NCBI GenBank assembly: GCA_902553315.1
Contig: CACDKN010000001.1
Span: 369,884 to 433,883, forward strand
From: an uncultured SAR86 cluster bacterium
Lineage (GTDB): Bacteria > Pseudomonadota > Gammaproteobacteria > Magnimaribacterales > AG-339-G14
Length of the DNA: 64,000 nt
Direction: 5' to 3'
Shown here: positions 22,306 through 31,376 of the stretch, piece by piece
Layout of the letters: every line of letters starts with the position of its first letter
How positions within the stretch are numbered: the stretch's first letter is position 1
Made by a program: the position numbers and the translations under genes
Notes under the pieces: model-generated
The model's input: only the letters and a program-made list of their open reading frames with translations
The model's database searches: none
Told to the model about the DNA's origin: nothing

Positions 22306-22584
22306 ATGGAAATAAATAAAATACTAAATTTAGAACCTAAAGAAGAACAGATTGAAAAATTATTTGAATACAAACTTGAATGTCAAAAAGAGATTAACCG
22401 TTGGACAGAAATAATAGAAATTCACAAAAAATGGAATAAAAAATCTGAAGAAGATTTTATTAATTATCATTTAAATAATCTTGATTATGACTATAAAGAA
22501 ATATCTAAAGCACAAGAAAATCTTATAACAAAAGAAATAGAATTAAATAATTTAAATAAAATTTTGTCTGAATACCTTCAATGA
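22306..22584 (+). CDS. hypothetical helical/coiled-coil protein (92 aa)
   Basis: AAGGA upstream; E/K/L-rich heptad-like pattern; very AT-rich. Confidence 0.6.
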   Translation: MEINKILNLEPKEEQIEKLFEYKLECQKEINRWTEIIEIHKKWNKKSEEDFINYHLNNLDYDYKEISKAQENLITKEIELNNLNKILSEYLQ

Positions 22585-22617
22585 AAAAATTAATACTTTT
22601 TTTGGCATACTAATTGG

Positions 22618-23304
22618 ATGGAAGCAAAGTTACTTAAATATAACCAGTTGGTGATGAATGAAAATGGCATCCATCTCCAAAAAGGTATGAATTTTGGAAT
22701 ACAAGGTTCTTACTCAATAGTTTTAATGTCAGTAGAAAAGAATGCTCCATATGCTGATGAAATGCTTGAGGATGGAACTATCAGATATGAAGGTCATGAT
22801 GCTCGTGTTTCACCAGAAGATAAAAAAATTACTGACCAACCAATGGCAAACAAAACCGGCACATTGACTGAAAATGGAAAGTTTTTTCAAGCAGCAGAGA
22901 ATTTTAAAGTTGGCAAAAGAGAACCAGCAAAGATAAAAGTTTATAGAAAGTTAAGACCTGGTGTATGGGTCGATATGGGTTTTTATGATTTAACAGATGC
23001 TCTTATCGAGCATGATGGCAAAAGAAAAGTTTTTAAATTTATACTTAAACCAAACTTTGAAGATTTTGACCCAGAAACCTCTGAGAATATTGACCTTGCA
23101 CATAATAGGTATATTCCAGGTGATGTAATGCAAGAAGTTTATATACGAGACGGAGGCAAGTGTATTGAATGTGGTTCAGAAGATAACCTTCACTATGACC
23201 ATAAAATACCTTTTTCAAAAGGAGGTTCTTCAAAAGATGCAAGAAACATTCAGTTATTGTGCGCAAGGCATAATTTAAGCAAAGGGAATAAATTTAAATA
23301 CTAG
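22618..23304 (+). CDS. HNH endonuclease with SRA/YDG-like N-terminal domain (candidate modification-dependent REase)
   Basis: C-terminal CIECG...HYDHKIPFSKGG...NIQLLCARHN HNH motif; N-terminal SYSIVLMS...YADE...DGTIRYEG resembles SRA. Confidence 0.75.
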   Translation: MEAKLLKYNQLVMNENGIHLQKGMNFGIQGSYSIVLMSVEKNAPYADEMLEDGTIRYEGHDARVSPEDKKITDQPMANKTGTLTENGKFFQAAENFKVGKREPAKIKVYRKLRPGVWVDMGFYDLTDALIEHDGKRKVFKFILKPNFEDFDPETSENIDLAHNRYIPGDVMQEVYIRDGGKCIECGSEDNLHYDHKIPFSKGGSSKDARNIQLLCARHNLSKGNKFKY

Positions 23305-23308
23305 TAAC

Positions 23309-23357
23309 CCCCTCATAAGGGTGAGGTCGCAGATTCGAGTTCTGCCAGACCCACCAA
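23309..23357 (+). repeat. third copy of the tRNA-Ile 3' half (outer attR)
   Basis: 48/49 identical to 15545-15593; single G>C change in the anticodon loop (CTCATAA). Confidence 0.93.
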
Positions 23358-23433
23358 CTGTTTTCAAATCTGATACAAAAAGTTTTTTTTTAGTCACACC
23401 AAAAATATTTTTTTCGAATAAGATTGTTATGTT

Positions 23434-25005
23434 TTGTGTAAATTTCTTTGTTCATTAGCTTTCTTTTTTTCGTTGACCTTACTATCTCATCCAGAATCAT
23501 CTATTGAGAAATATCCTGCTGAAATAGCGCACTCTCCATCACCTTTGCCTGATAGAGTTGTTTTAACCTGGAACGATGATCCTGCAACTACGCAAGCTGT
23601 TAGTTGGCGAACAGATGTATCGGTTAAAGCCGGGCTCGCTCAGCTTGCTATAGCAAATGCAAATGGAAGAGCTCTTAAGCCAGATGAATTCAAAGCAGAA
23701 ACAAGTTATTTTAAAAGTGATATCAATGAGGCTCATTACCATAGTCTAACTTTTAAGAATCTTCAGCCAGATACTCTATATGCTTACAGAGTTGGAGATG
23801 GAGTAAATTGGACGGAGTACTATCATTTCAAAACTGCAAGTTCTGAAGAAGAGCCCTTCAGTTTCATTTATTTTGGTGATGCACAAAACGAAGTGAGAAC
23901 TCATTGGTCAAGAGTTTTTAGAGAGGCTTTTCGTGATGCGCCGAGAGCTGCATTTGCATTATATGCTGGTGATATGGTGAATCGAAAGTTTAGCGACTCC
24001 GAGTGGGGAGAATGGCATCAAGGTCCAGATTGGGTTAATGGTACTCTCCCGGTGATTGCGACACCAGGTAACCACGAATACTTTAATTATGATCAACGAT
24101 TCAATACAGAGTTTTATTGGACTGACAAGGAAGGAGACGATGTCGAAGTTACGCTGACTTCTATGGTTGAGGAAGAAAATGATCAGGGCAAGGTTTATAA
24201 AATGTCATTTTTGGCATCTGATAGTGAAAAAATAACGATAGAATTTAATGATTCTGGTGTAATAACTCAAACAGACGATCAAATAGAAGTTGTTACTGGA
24301 TTTTCTAAAAAACAATTACTAGGTCGAAATTTATATGGTTCACCACTTTACAATCGACAACGTATTCCAGAGCAAGCTTCTCTAAGCAATCACTGGAGGA
24401 TGCAGTTTGAGTTTCCCGTTCAGAATGTACCTGACCCTGCACTTGCTGAAACTGTCTATTATATTGACTATCAAGGTGTAAGATTTATATCTCTTGACTC
24501 GAATAATGCAAAGGAGTCCCAGGTAGAGTGGTTAAAAAAGGTGCTGGAAAGCAATAAGAATTTTTGGACAATTGTTACGTTCCATCATCCAATGTTTTCA
24601 CCAGGATCGGATAGGGATAATCCTGAAATAAGAAAGCTTTGGAAACCAATTTTAGATGAATTCAAGGTTGATTTGATACTAAGTGGACATGACCACACAT
24701 ATGCACGAACTGGTCAGATCGGATCAAAAAAAATTATGAACATTCCGGAGGGTTACGAGAAAGCTTACGATCCAAATATTGGTACTGTAAATGTAGTGTC
24801 AGTAAGTGGCCCTAAAATGTATAAAATCACAAAGGGTGCTTTTGCAAAACGAATGGCAGAAGATACTCAACTCTACCAAATTGTTGATATAAAAAAAGAT
24901 AGTCTTAGGTTCCGCGCATATACTGCAACGGGAAAGCTGTATGATGAATTTCTTCTTAAAAAACGAAAAGATCAGCCAAACTTATTAATAGAAACGGGTC
25001 CTTAA
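23434..25005 (+). CDS. secreted metallophosphoesterase (purple acid phosphatase-like, FN3 + calcineurin-like domains)
   Basis: Signal peptide; LQPDTLYAYRVG; GDAQ, GDMVN, GNHE, FHHP and GHDHTY metal motifs. TTG start is uncertain. Confidence 0.85.
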   Translation: MCKFLCSLAFFFSLTLLSHPESSIEKYPAEIAHSPSPLPDRVVLTWNDDPATTQAVSWRTDVSVKAGLAQLAIANANGRALKPDEFKAETSYFKSDINEAHYHSLTFKNLQPDTLYAYRVGDGVNWTEYYHFKTASSEEEPFSFIYFGDAQNEVRTHWSRVFREAFRDAPRAAFALYAGDMVNRKFSDSEWGEWHQGPDWVNGTLPVIATPGNHEYFNYDQRFNTEFYWTDKEGDDVEVTLTSMVEEENDQGKVYKMSFLASDSEKITIEFNDSGVITQTDDQIEVVTGFSKKQLLGRNLYGSPLYNRQRIPEQASLSNHWRMQFEFPVQNVPDPALAETVYYIDYQGVRFISLDSNNAKESQVEWLKKVLESNKNFWTIVTFHHPMFSPGSDRDNPEIRKLWKPILDEFKVDLILSGHDHTYARTGQIGSKKIMNIPEGYEKAYDPNIGTVNVVSVSGPKMYKITKGAFAKRMAEDTQLYQIVDIKKDSLRFRAYTATGKLYDEFLLKKRKDQPNLLIETGP

Positions 25006-25025
25006 AAAGTAAATTTAATGGAAAT

Positions 25026-26306
25026 CTAGACTTTTGGATCTAAATCGATTTCGTATGAAAGGAGTTTAAAACTTTGCATGGTATACAAAACCAGCAAACT
25101 TAAAAGACTGATCGACTGGTGAAGCACAAACACTTGAAAGATCAATAAATTTGAATTGAATAAACCTGAGAAAAATAAAATAGAAATTAAAAGTGAAATT
25201 TTGATAGTCTCATTAACATAATTTAATTGATAACTCTCAAACCCTTTTAGAGTGACAATTACTGAAGCAACCAGAATTAAAGCGTAAGCATAACTTTCTA
25301 GTAAACTAAGACTGCCAATGAATGAGGCGATAAACGCCGAAGTCAAAATTATGAAAGATAGCTGGACCCAGCCATAAATTTTCAAATAGATTGAGTTTTT
25401 CGGATCATAGGCTTCAAAATTTGCTAAGTCATTTCTGAAGATGGGGTAATTTTGCTCTACATCATTGGGGCGCCATTTCGGCGGGGAGAAAATAACTTTG
25501 AATTTATCAGACCATTTTTTTGTGCGGCTGAAATCTTTAATAATTTCGGCAAACACTTCAAAATTTGCTTTGAGAGGGTTCCAACTTCTCAGTGGCTTAG
25601 TTGTGCCATAGATTGGTTTCACTTCGTCTTTTTCAGGTTTATAAGAACCAAATATCCTATCCCAAATAATAAATACACCGCCATAATTTGCATCGATGTA
25701 GTCTTTATTTTGGGCGTGATGAACTCTGTGATTAGAAGGAGTAATGAAAATATACTCAAGCCATCCTAATTTACCAATGTGTTCTGTATGCACCCAGAAT
25801 TGATACACTAAGTTGATACCTGCAACCGTAACAAAAACTTCTGGCGGAACTCCTATAAGAAGCATTGGTAGATAAAAAATCCACTTCCAAAGAAAACCGG
25901 TACTAGTTTGTCTCAGTGCAGTTGATAGATTAAATTCTTCACCGTGATGATGTACTACATGCGTAGCCCATAGAATTTTCACTTCATGGTGCAATCTATG
26001 CATCCAGTAATAACTTAAATCATATAAAAAGAAAGCCAAGAACCACACCCAAAGATCTGCGGCTGAAAAAAGTGCTAAGTTAAAATAAGTCGCGACATAA
26101 GCAAATGCTGCGCCTTGAAGACCAATACCTAGTAAGGGAATAAATCTGCTAATTAATCCTAAAGAGATACTTGTGAAAGTATCGTTGAACCGATAGTTGT
26201 TTTTTCCACTAAAGTGTCCATAAATAATTTCTATGAAAATTAGCAGAAAAAAAGTTGGTACTGCAAGGTTGATAATTATTGATGAATCAAAAGCGATGCT
26301 GTCCAT
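25026..26306 (-). CDS. sterol desaturase family protein, alkylglycerol monooxygenase-like
   Basis: His boxes HRLHH, HVVHH and HRVHH; LVYQFWVHTE; NYGGVFIIWDRIFG; C-terminal TM extension. Confidence 0.85.
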   Translation of the reverse strand: MDSIAFDSSIIINLAVPTFFLLIFIEIIYGHFSGKNNYRFNDTFTSISLGLISRFIPLLGIGLQGAAFAYVATYFNLALFSAADLWVWFLAFFLYDLSYYWMHRLHHEVKILWATHVVHHHGEEFNLSTALRQTSTGFLWKWIFYLPMLLIGVPPEVFVTVAGINLVYQFWVHTEHIGKLGWLEYIFITPSNHRVHHAQNKDYIDANYGGVFIIWDRIFGSYKPEKDEVKPIYGTTKPLRSWNPLKANFEVFAEIIKDFSRTKKWSDKFKVIFSPPKWRPNDVEQNYPIFRNDLANFEAYDPKNSIYLKIYGWVQLSFIILTSAFIASFIGSLSLLESYAYALILVASVIVTLKGFESYQLNYVNETIKISLLISILFFSGLFNSNLLIFQVFVLHQSISLLSLLVLYTMQSFKLLSYEIDLDPKV

Positions 26307-26390
26307 GGAAAAATTCTATGTGTAACTTATTGTTTAGGCAATGATTTTACGTTAAAGTTTTTTTTGCTCAACACTTTTATGGAGAAATGA

Positions 26391-27089
26391 ATGACAGATA
26401 TAGCTAAATTATCTAAGGAAGGGGACATCTCAATTATTCAATTAAATGATGGAAAGGCCAACGCCTTTTCTTTCGACATGCTTACCACTGTCCAAGGTTT
26501 TTTAAGCGAAATACCTAAAGATTCCGGTGCCGTTGTAATCACCGGCAGAGAAGGTTTATTTTCTGGCGGCTTTGATCTTAAAACTCTTGCATCTGGCGAT
26601 GCTGAAGCTGCAGTGAAAATGACAAATTTAGGTTTCAAGACACTACTTGATTTGTATTCTTTTCCTCGCCCAATAGTTGCCGCTGTATCTGGTCATGCTG
26701 TTGCTTTAGGATTGTTCACTGTGTGTTGCGCTGATATTAGAGTTGGTATCGAAGGAAAGTTTGTGCTGCAAGCCAATGAAGTTAGAAATAACATGGATAT
26801 TCCAGTGCAAATTCTTGAAATCGTTAAAGATAGATTGGATAAAAAACATTACTACAAAGCACTTTATCATTCAGCTACCTACACTCCATCTGAAGCAGTT
26901 ACCGCAGGTCTTCTAGACGAAGTAGTGCCAGCAGATAAATTAATGGAGACAGCTTTAGCGAGAGCAAATGATTTAGCTACATTACCGCATCCTCACTATG
27001 AAAAAACAAAACAATATTCTCAAAAATTAGTCGTCGAGAGGATTTTAGAAGCTTTAAATAAGCATGGGAATTATCTCCCACAAGCTTAA
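26391..27089 (+). CDS. enoyl-CoA hydratase/isomerase (crotonase) family protein
   Basis: DGKANA, FSGGFDL and PIVAAVSGHAVALG motifs. Confidence 0.88.
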   Translation: MTDIAKLSKEGDISIIQLNDGKANAFSFDMLTTVQGFLSEIPKDSGAVVITGREGLFSGGFDLKTLASGDAEAAVKMTNLGFKTLLDLYSFPRPIVAAVSGHAVALGLFTVCCADIRVGIEGKFVLQANEVRNNMDIPVQILEIVKDRLDKKHYYKALYHSATYTPSEAVTAGLLDEVVPADKLMETALARANDLATLPHPHYEKTKQYSQKLVVERILEALNKHGNYLPQA

Positions 27090-28102
27090 GTATTTTTTTT
27101 TGTCAGAAGGTAGTGGGTCACAAACCATTCTTTGCCTTTATTTATCTTAAAAAACTCTTCACAAGTTAGAAAAAATATACGCCATCTATAAAACCATATA
27201 TTTTTTTCATCATAGTGATCGTTAAGAATTTTTTTTATTTCATTTTTGTTTTTATCCATATTCTTCAACCAATCTTTAGATGTTTTTGAATAGTTTTTAC
27301 CGTTTATTTCCCAGGAATTTTTTAGGATTAAATCTTCATTAAAATAATTGAAAATATCTTGTGAGGGCATTATTCCTCCGGTAAAGAAAAATTTTGACAT
27401 CCAATCACTATCACTCTTTGTTTCATATAAATAAGTAGAATTTTTATGACAAAAAATATGAACAAATAATTTTCCATCTTCTACTAGGAGATCAGAAATT
27501 TGCTTCATTAATTTCTTGTAATTTCTCATGTGCTCAAACATTTCTATAGAAACGATTCTGTCAAATTTTTTATCTAAATTTAATTCATTAATATTTTGTC
27601 TAATGGCTTTGACGTTAGTTAAATTTAATGCAGTTGCTCTTGCATTAATAAAATCAATTTGATCTTTTGAATTACTTATCGAGGTAAAGTTTGATTGAGG
27701 AAATTTCTTGGCCGCATGCAGGGTAAAACTTCCCCAGCCACAACCTAAATCTAAAATTTCTTGATTAGATTTAATATCAGCTCTGTTGAGATATTTATCC
27801 AACATAAAAATCTCTGCACTATTTAGGTCTTTATTGTTTTCATCGTAAAGGCAACAAGAATATTTCAAATTCTCCCCTAGGACTTTTTCAAAAAAAATTG
27901 GTGGCACTTCATAATGTTGTTCATTTGCCGAAGATGTACTTTCTGCAATTGGACCTTCTTTTAATGTATTCAAAACTTTAAGTTTTTCAGAGAAGACATT
28001 AGGCATTCTTACTCTGGCTTTACTAAGGAACTTAACAGCAACTCTTAGAATAAAATCAGGAAGCATTCCTCTTTCAGCAAGCCAGATTCCTAAAGTTATC
28101 AT
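27086..28102 (-). CDS. SAM-dependent methyltransferase (Cfa/coclaurine N-methyltransferase-like)
   Basis: ANEQHYEVP, KYSCC, LDLGCGWGS and VSIEMFEHMRNY motifs. Confidence 0.88.
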   Translation of the reverse strand: MITLGIWLAERGMLPDFILRVAVKFLSKARVRMPNVFSEKLKVLNTLKEGPIAESTSSANEQHYEVPPIFFEKVLGENLKYSCCLYDENNKDLNSAEIFMLDKYLNRADIKSNQEILDLGCGWGSFTLHAAKKFPQSNFTSISNSKDQIDFINARATALNLTNVKAIRQNINELNLDKKFDRIVSIEMFEHMRNYKKLMKQISDLLVEDGKLFVHIFCHKNSTYLYETKSDSDWMSKFFFTGGIMPSQDIFNYFNEDLILKNSWEINGKNYSKTSKDWLKNMDKNKNEIKKILNDHYDEKNIWFYRWRIFFLTCEEFFKINKGKEWFVTHYLLTKKNT

Positions 28103-29274
28103 TTATGAGTTAATTTATATTGCGACACTTCTAATTGATTATTTAAAAATCCACCTCTGCAATATGATAGATACATATCCCACGTTCTTTTAAATTTTTC
28201 GTCAAATCCAATTTCTCCAATAGCATCCCATTTTTTTTGGAAATTTTTGTACCAAATTTCTAGAGTCTTCGCATATGAACCCGCAAAATTTGTAATGTCC
28301 GAAGCAATCAACTCAGAATTTGCAGCATTCTCCTTGAAAACTTTATCCGATGAGAGCTCTCCCCCAGGAAAAATATAAGTTTGAATGAAATCAGGCCAAT
28401 CGTGATAACCTTCATAAAAATCTTCTTTCATGGTTATTGTTTGTATTAACGCCTGACCATTTGATTTCAGAAGCTGCTTAACCACATCAAAATAAGTTTT
28501 CCAATATTTGGATCCAACGGCCTCAAACATTTCTATTGAAACTACCGCGTCAAACTTTCCTTTTAACTTTCTATAATCTATTAATTCAATTTCTGGATCG
28601 TTCGTTAGCCCTTTTATTCTATTGGATGCGAACTTAAATTGTTCTTGCGAAATCGTAATTCCTTTTATTTTGTAACCAACACTAGAAGCATATTCTAAAA
28701 AGCCTCCCCAACCACAACCAATTTCTAAAATAGAAGAATTTTTTGGAAGGCCTAATGTATCTAGAATCAGTTTATATTTTCTATTCTGGGCCTCTTTTAG
28801 ACTGTCAGAATTTCTTTCAAAAAAACCTGAAGAGTAGGTCATTGTTTCATCCAACCAAGATTCATAAAAATCATTCCCTAAGTCATAGTGAGCATGAATA
28901 TTTTTTTTACTACCCGATAAGGAGTTTTCATTTCTGAAATGAGAAAATTTTGTGAGTAATTTCCAGAAACCGCTTCCGCTATTGACCCGATCAAAAGAAT
29001 TATAGTTTTTACTTATGAGATCCATAAGCTTCATCAAGTCGTCGGTATCCCAATAATTTTCAAGGTAACCTTCGGTAAATCCTAAACTCCCACGAGAGTA
29101 TATGAGCCACAAAGCCTTCCAACTTTTTACTTCAAGCGTCGCCTCTAGATTCAAATTACTTTTACCATGCAGTAAAATTGTTTCTTCTGTATCCGGAAGA
29201 ACCAATTTAAAAGTTCCCTGCTCTATTTCTTCTAAATTTCTAGAAATCCAATAATTCAGTATTTTATTCAGCAT
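28099..29274 (-). CDS. cfa: cyclopropane-fatty-acyl-phospholipid synthase family methyltransferase (UfaM-like)
   Basis: NIHAHYDLGNDFY, MTYSS, EIGCGWG, SIEMFEAVG and FIQTYIFPGG motifs; start probably MLNKIL at 29274. Confidence 0.85.
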   Translation of the reverse strand: MLNKILNYWISRNLEEIEQGTFKLVLPDTEETILLHGKSNLNLEATLEVKSWKALWLIYSRGSLGFTEGYLENYWDTDDLMKLMDLISKNYNSFDRVNSGSGFWKLLTKFSHFRNENSLSGSKKNIHAHYDLGNDFYESWLDETMTYSSGFFERNSDSLKEAQNRKYKLILDTLGLPKNSSILEIGCGWGGFLEYASSVGYKIKGITISQEQFKFASNRIKGLTNDPEIELIDYRKLKGKFDAVVSIEMFEAVGSKYWKTYFDVVKQLLKSNGQALIQTITMKEDFYEGYHDWPDFIQTYIFPGGELSSDKVFKENAANSELIASDITNFAGSYAKTLEIWYKNFQKKWDAIGEIGFDEKFKRTWDMYLSYCRGGFLNNQLEVSQYKLTHK

Positions 29275-30007
29275 ATCCGTTGCCCTCATGAGGCGTTACT
29301 TTAAGTTTTTTTATCCATAACCTTAGTGCTTGCCAATGAATTCTTATCATCACAAATACGCTATTGAAAGATATAAAAAAGTAATAATAAATTTTATTGA
29401 AAAATTTTCTTTCTATTAATTTTCCTTTTAATTCTGTTAAAACTTCTAATTTACTTAACGAATTATACTGATTAATCTTTATTGAAAATGGAATCGAAGA
29501 TATTTTAAATTTGTAGAAACCCTTTTTTTCAGAAAAGGGCGAAACGTACATTTTCTTGGTTTCTTTGTACCAATAATTGGAGTCAATTTCTTCTCCTTTA
29601 TTATGTATCTCGTAAAGTTGTTTTTCGAAAAAGGTATTTTTCACTTCAGAAAGTAAAAAAATTACCTTTGAACCATTGGATAAAATCCAAAAGGAGACAG
29701 GGTTGAAAGATTTAAAAAAGGGATTATCGGGTGTTTTTAAAACACTTACATTTAAATCAGCAAACTTAACATTGTTAGAAATTGCGAATTTTTCAAACCT
29801 AAGGAGAATTTCTAAGTATTCCTTTTCTTTAAAAAAATTAAATTTGAAATAATTTGATTTTGGAACAGTAGAACGCTTTTCGTTAAAATTATAAAAATTT
29901 TTAAGATAGAAGCTTTTGTAGGGGTATAAAAATTTGTGATTTTTGCCTTTTACTCTTCTATGAAACACGTCTCCATCAAAAAAAAATTTTTTCACTTTAT
30001 CTCTCAA
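29264..30007 (-). CDS. DUF1365 family protein
   Basis: GDVFHRR...HKFLY, FNPVSFW, EVKNTF, KMYVSPF and RIHWQALRLW motifs. Confidence 0.85.
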   Translation of the reverse strand: MRDKVKKFFFDGDVFHRRVKGKNHKFLYPYKSFYLKNFYNFNEKRSTVPKSNYFKFNFFKEKEYLEILLRFEKFAISNNVKFADLNVSVLKTPDNPFFKSFNPVSFWILSNGSKVIFLLSEVKNTFFEKQLYEIHNKGEEIDSNYWYKETKKMYVSPFSEKKGFYKFKISSIPFSIKINQYNSLSKLEVLTELKGKLIERKFFNKIYYYFFISFNSVFVMIRIHWQALRLWIKKLKVTPHEGNGYAE

Positions 30008-31187
30008 TCAATTTACTGACTTTAAGGGCAGAATTTATTCCATCTTCATGAAAGCCATACCCTAGGTAAGCCCCGCAGTAAAAAGTGTTATTCAATCCTT
30101 GAATACCGTCAACATTTTTTTGTCCCTTAAAAGTATCTAAATTATAAAATGGATGCTCATAAATCATACTCCTGTGCTCTTTATTGTCTCCTATCTTGAA
30201 ATCTCCAATTGAAACAAATATATTTTTGCTTGTTTTAAGTTCCTGAAGATTATTCATCCAATAGGTAACAAATTCTGAATTTGAGTTTTTATTCACATTC
30301 CATGAGCACCATTCCTCTTTGTTTGAAGGCATAAGTGACTCGTCGGTATGTAAACAAACTTTATTTTCTGTAAAAGCAAAGTTTTCTAAGATAGAAATTT
30401 CAGTTTTCCCCAGATCAAGAATAGATCCTATTATTTCTCTGGCATTGCAAGCCATTATTAATCTATCATATTCGTGTTTCTCCCCGTAATTTTCTAAAAT
30501 TATTTTATTTTTATTTCTTTCAATTGCTACCTTAGAATCAAGATATATATTATTTAAATTTCCTTTTTCAATAATTTTTTCTATGTATTGATTGCTTCCT
30601 CCTTTAATAGAAAACCATTGAGGGCCTCTAAAAAGATTTAATAAACCGTGATTATTCAAAAAATTTATCAAAGAACTCGCAGGATAATCTTTCATCCTCT
30701 CTGAAGATCCAGACCATATTGCTGCAATCATTGGATATAGATAGGCTTCAGAAAAATCTTTTGAAAAATTTTTCTCTCTTATCCATTTTTCAATTGGCTC
30801 TGAAGATGAGTTAGATTTAGCTAAGTAGTTGAATTTTATTATTTCAGATATTAACTTTAAGTTTCTTAAGGAAAAGAGATTTCTTATTTTTGAAAATTTT
30901 TTTGAACTCCACTGAAAATCTTTTGTTTGCACACTCAATGACATATCACATCTATGAAATTCTAGACCTAATTCATTAAAAAGTTTGGTTAGGTTCGGAT
31001 AGTTCTTCTTATTAAAAACTATAAAACCTGAATCAACATCTAACTCATTATCTAATTTTATTCTGTGTGTATGAGTATGGCCGCCGAGTCGGTTATTTTT
31101 TTCAAAAATGTCTATTTTGTGTTTTTTTGCTAGAAAGAATGCGCTTGATAAACCACTTATCCCTGAACCTATGATTGCGACTCGCAT
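29997..31187 (-). CDS. FAD-dependent oxidoreductase (amine-oxidase-like, UfaD-like)
   Basis: GSGISG, GGHTHT, VDSGFIVFN and GYGFHEDG motifs. Confidence 0.87.
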   Translation of the reverse strand: MRVAIIGSGISGLSSAFFLAKKHKIDIFEKNNRLGGHTHTHRIKLDNELDVDSGFIVFNKKNYPNLTKLFNELGLEFHRCDMSLSVQTKDFQWSSKKFSKIRNLFSLRNLKLISEIIKFNYLAKSNSSSEPIEKWIREKNFSKDFSEAYLYPMIAAIWSGSSERMKDYPASSLINFLNNHGLLNLFRGPQWFSIKGGSNQYIEKIIEKGNLNNIYLDSKVAIERNKNKIILENYGEKHEYDRLIMACNAREIIGSILDLGKTEISILENFAFTENKVCLHTDESLMPSNKEEWCSWNVNKNSNSEFVTYWMNNLQELKTSKNIFVSIGDFKIGDNKEHRSMIYEHPFYNLDTFKGQKNVDGIQGLNNTFYCGAYLGYGFHEDGINSALKVSKLIER

Positions 31188-31272
31188 GGACTTATTTTAG
31201 GCTAATTACAAGCTTGCGGATGGAATAAAAATAGAAAAAATTTTGTTTTTTTAAGATATAATTCTTCGCTCT

Positions 31273-31348
31273 GGGGCTATAGCTCAGCTGGGAGAGCGCC
31301 TGATTTGCATTCAGGAGGTCCGCGGTTCGATCCCGCGTAGCTCCACCA
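31273..31348 (+). tRNA. tRNA-Ala(TGC)
   Basis: GGGGCTA/TAGCTCC stem with G3:U70, CCTGA-TTTGCAT-TCAGG anticodon arm, CCA. Confidence 0.97.
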
Positions 31349-31376
31349 TTAATGAAATTATTGTTATCATTCAGGA

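Larger units (their letters stand above)
22083..23357. mobile_element. tRNA-Ile-integrated cassette 2 (small ORF + SRA-like/HNH nuclease)
   Basis: Lies between the second and third copies of the tRNA 3' half; its left arm triplet has the same layout as cassette 1. Confidence 0.82.

Noticed and set aside
22071-23357. Second and third copies as functional tRNA genes (including a tRNA-Met/Ile2 from CTCATAA)
   Set aside because: Both lack the 5' acceptor strand and the D-arm.
15593-23357. Prophage, phage satellite or classical integron
   Set aside because: No structural, replication, primase or intI genes, and I noticed no attC-like hairpins.
23358-31272. Phosphoesterase and lipid genes as further cassettes of the same array
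   Set aside because: I found no further tRNA fragments or TATRCACAGT sites, and RGCY use is host-like.
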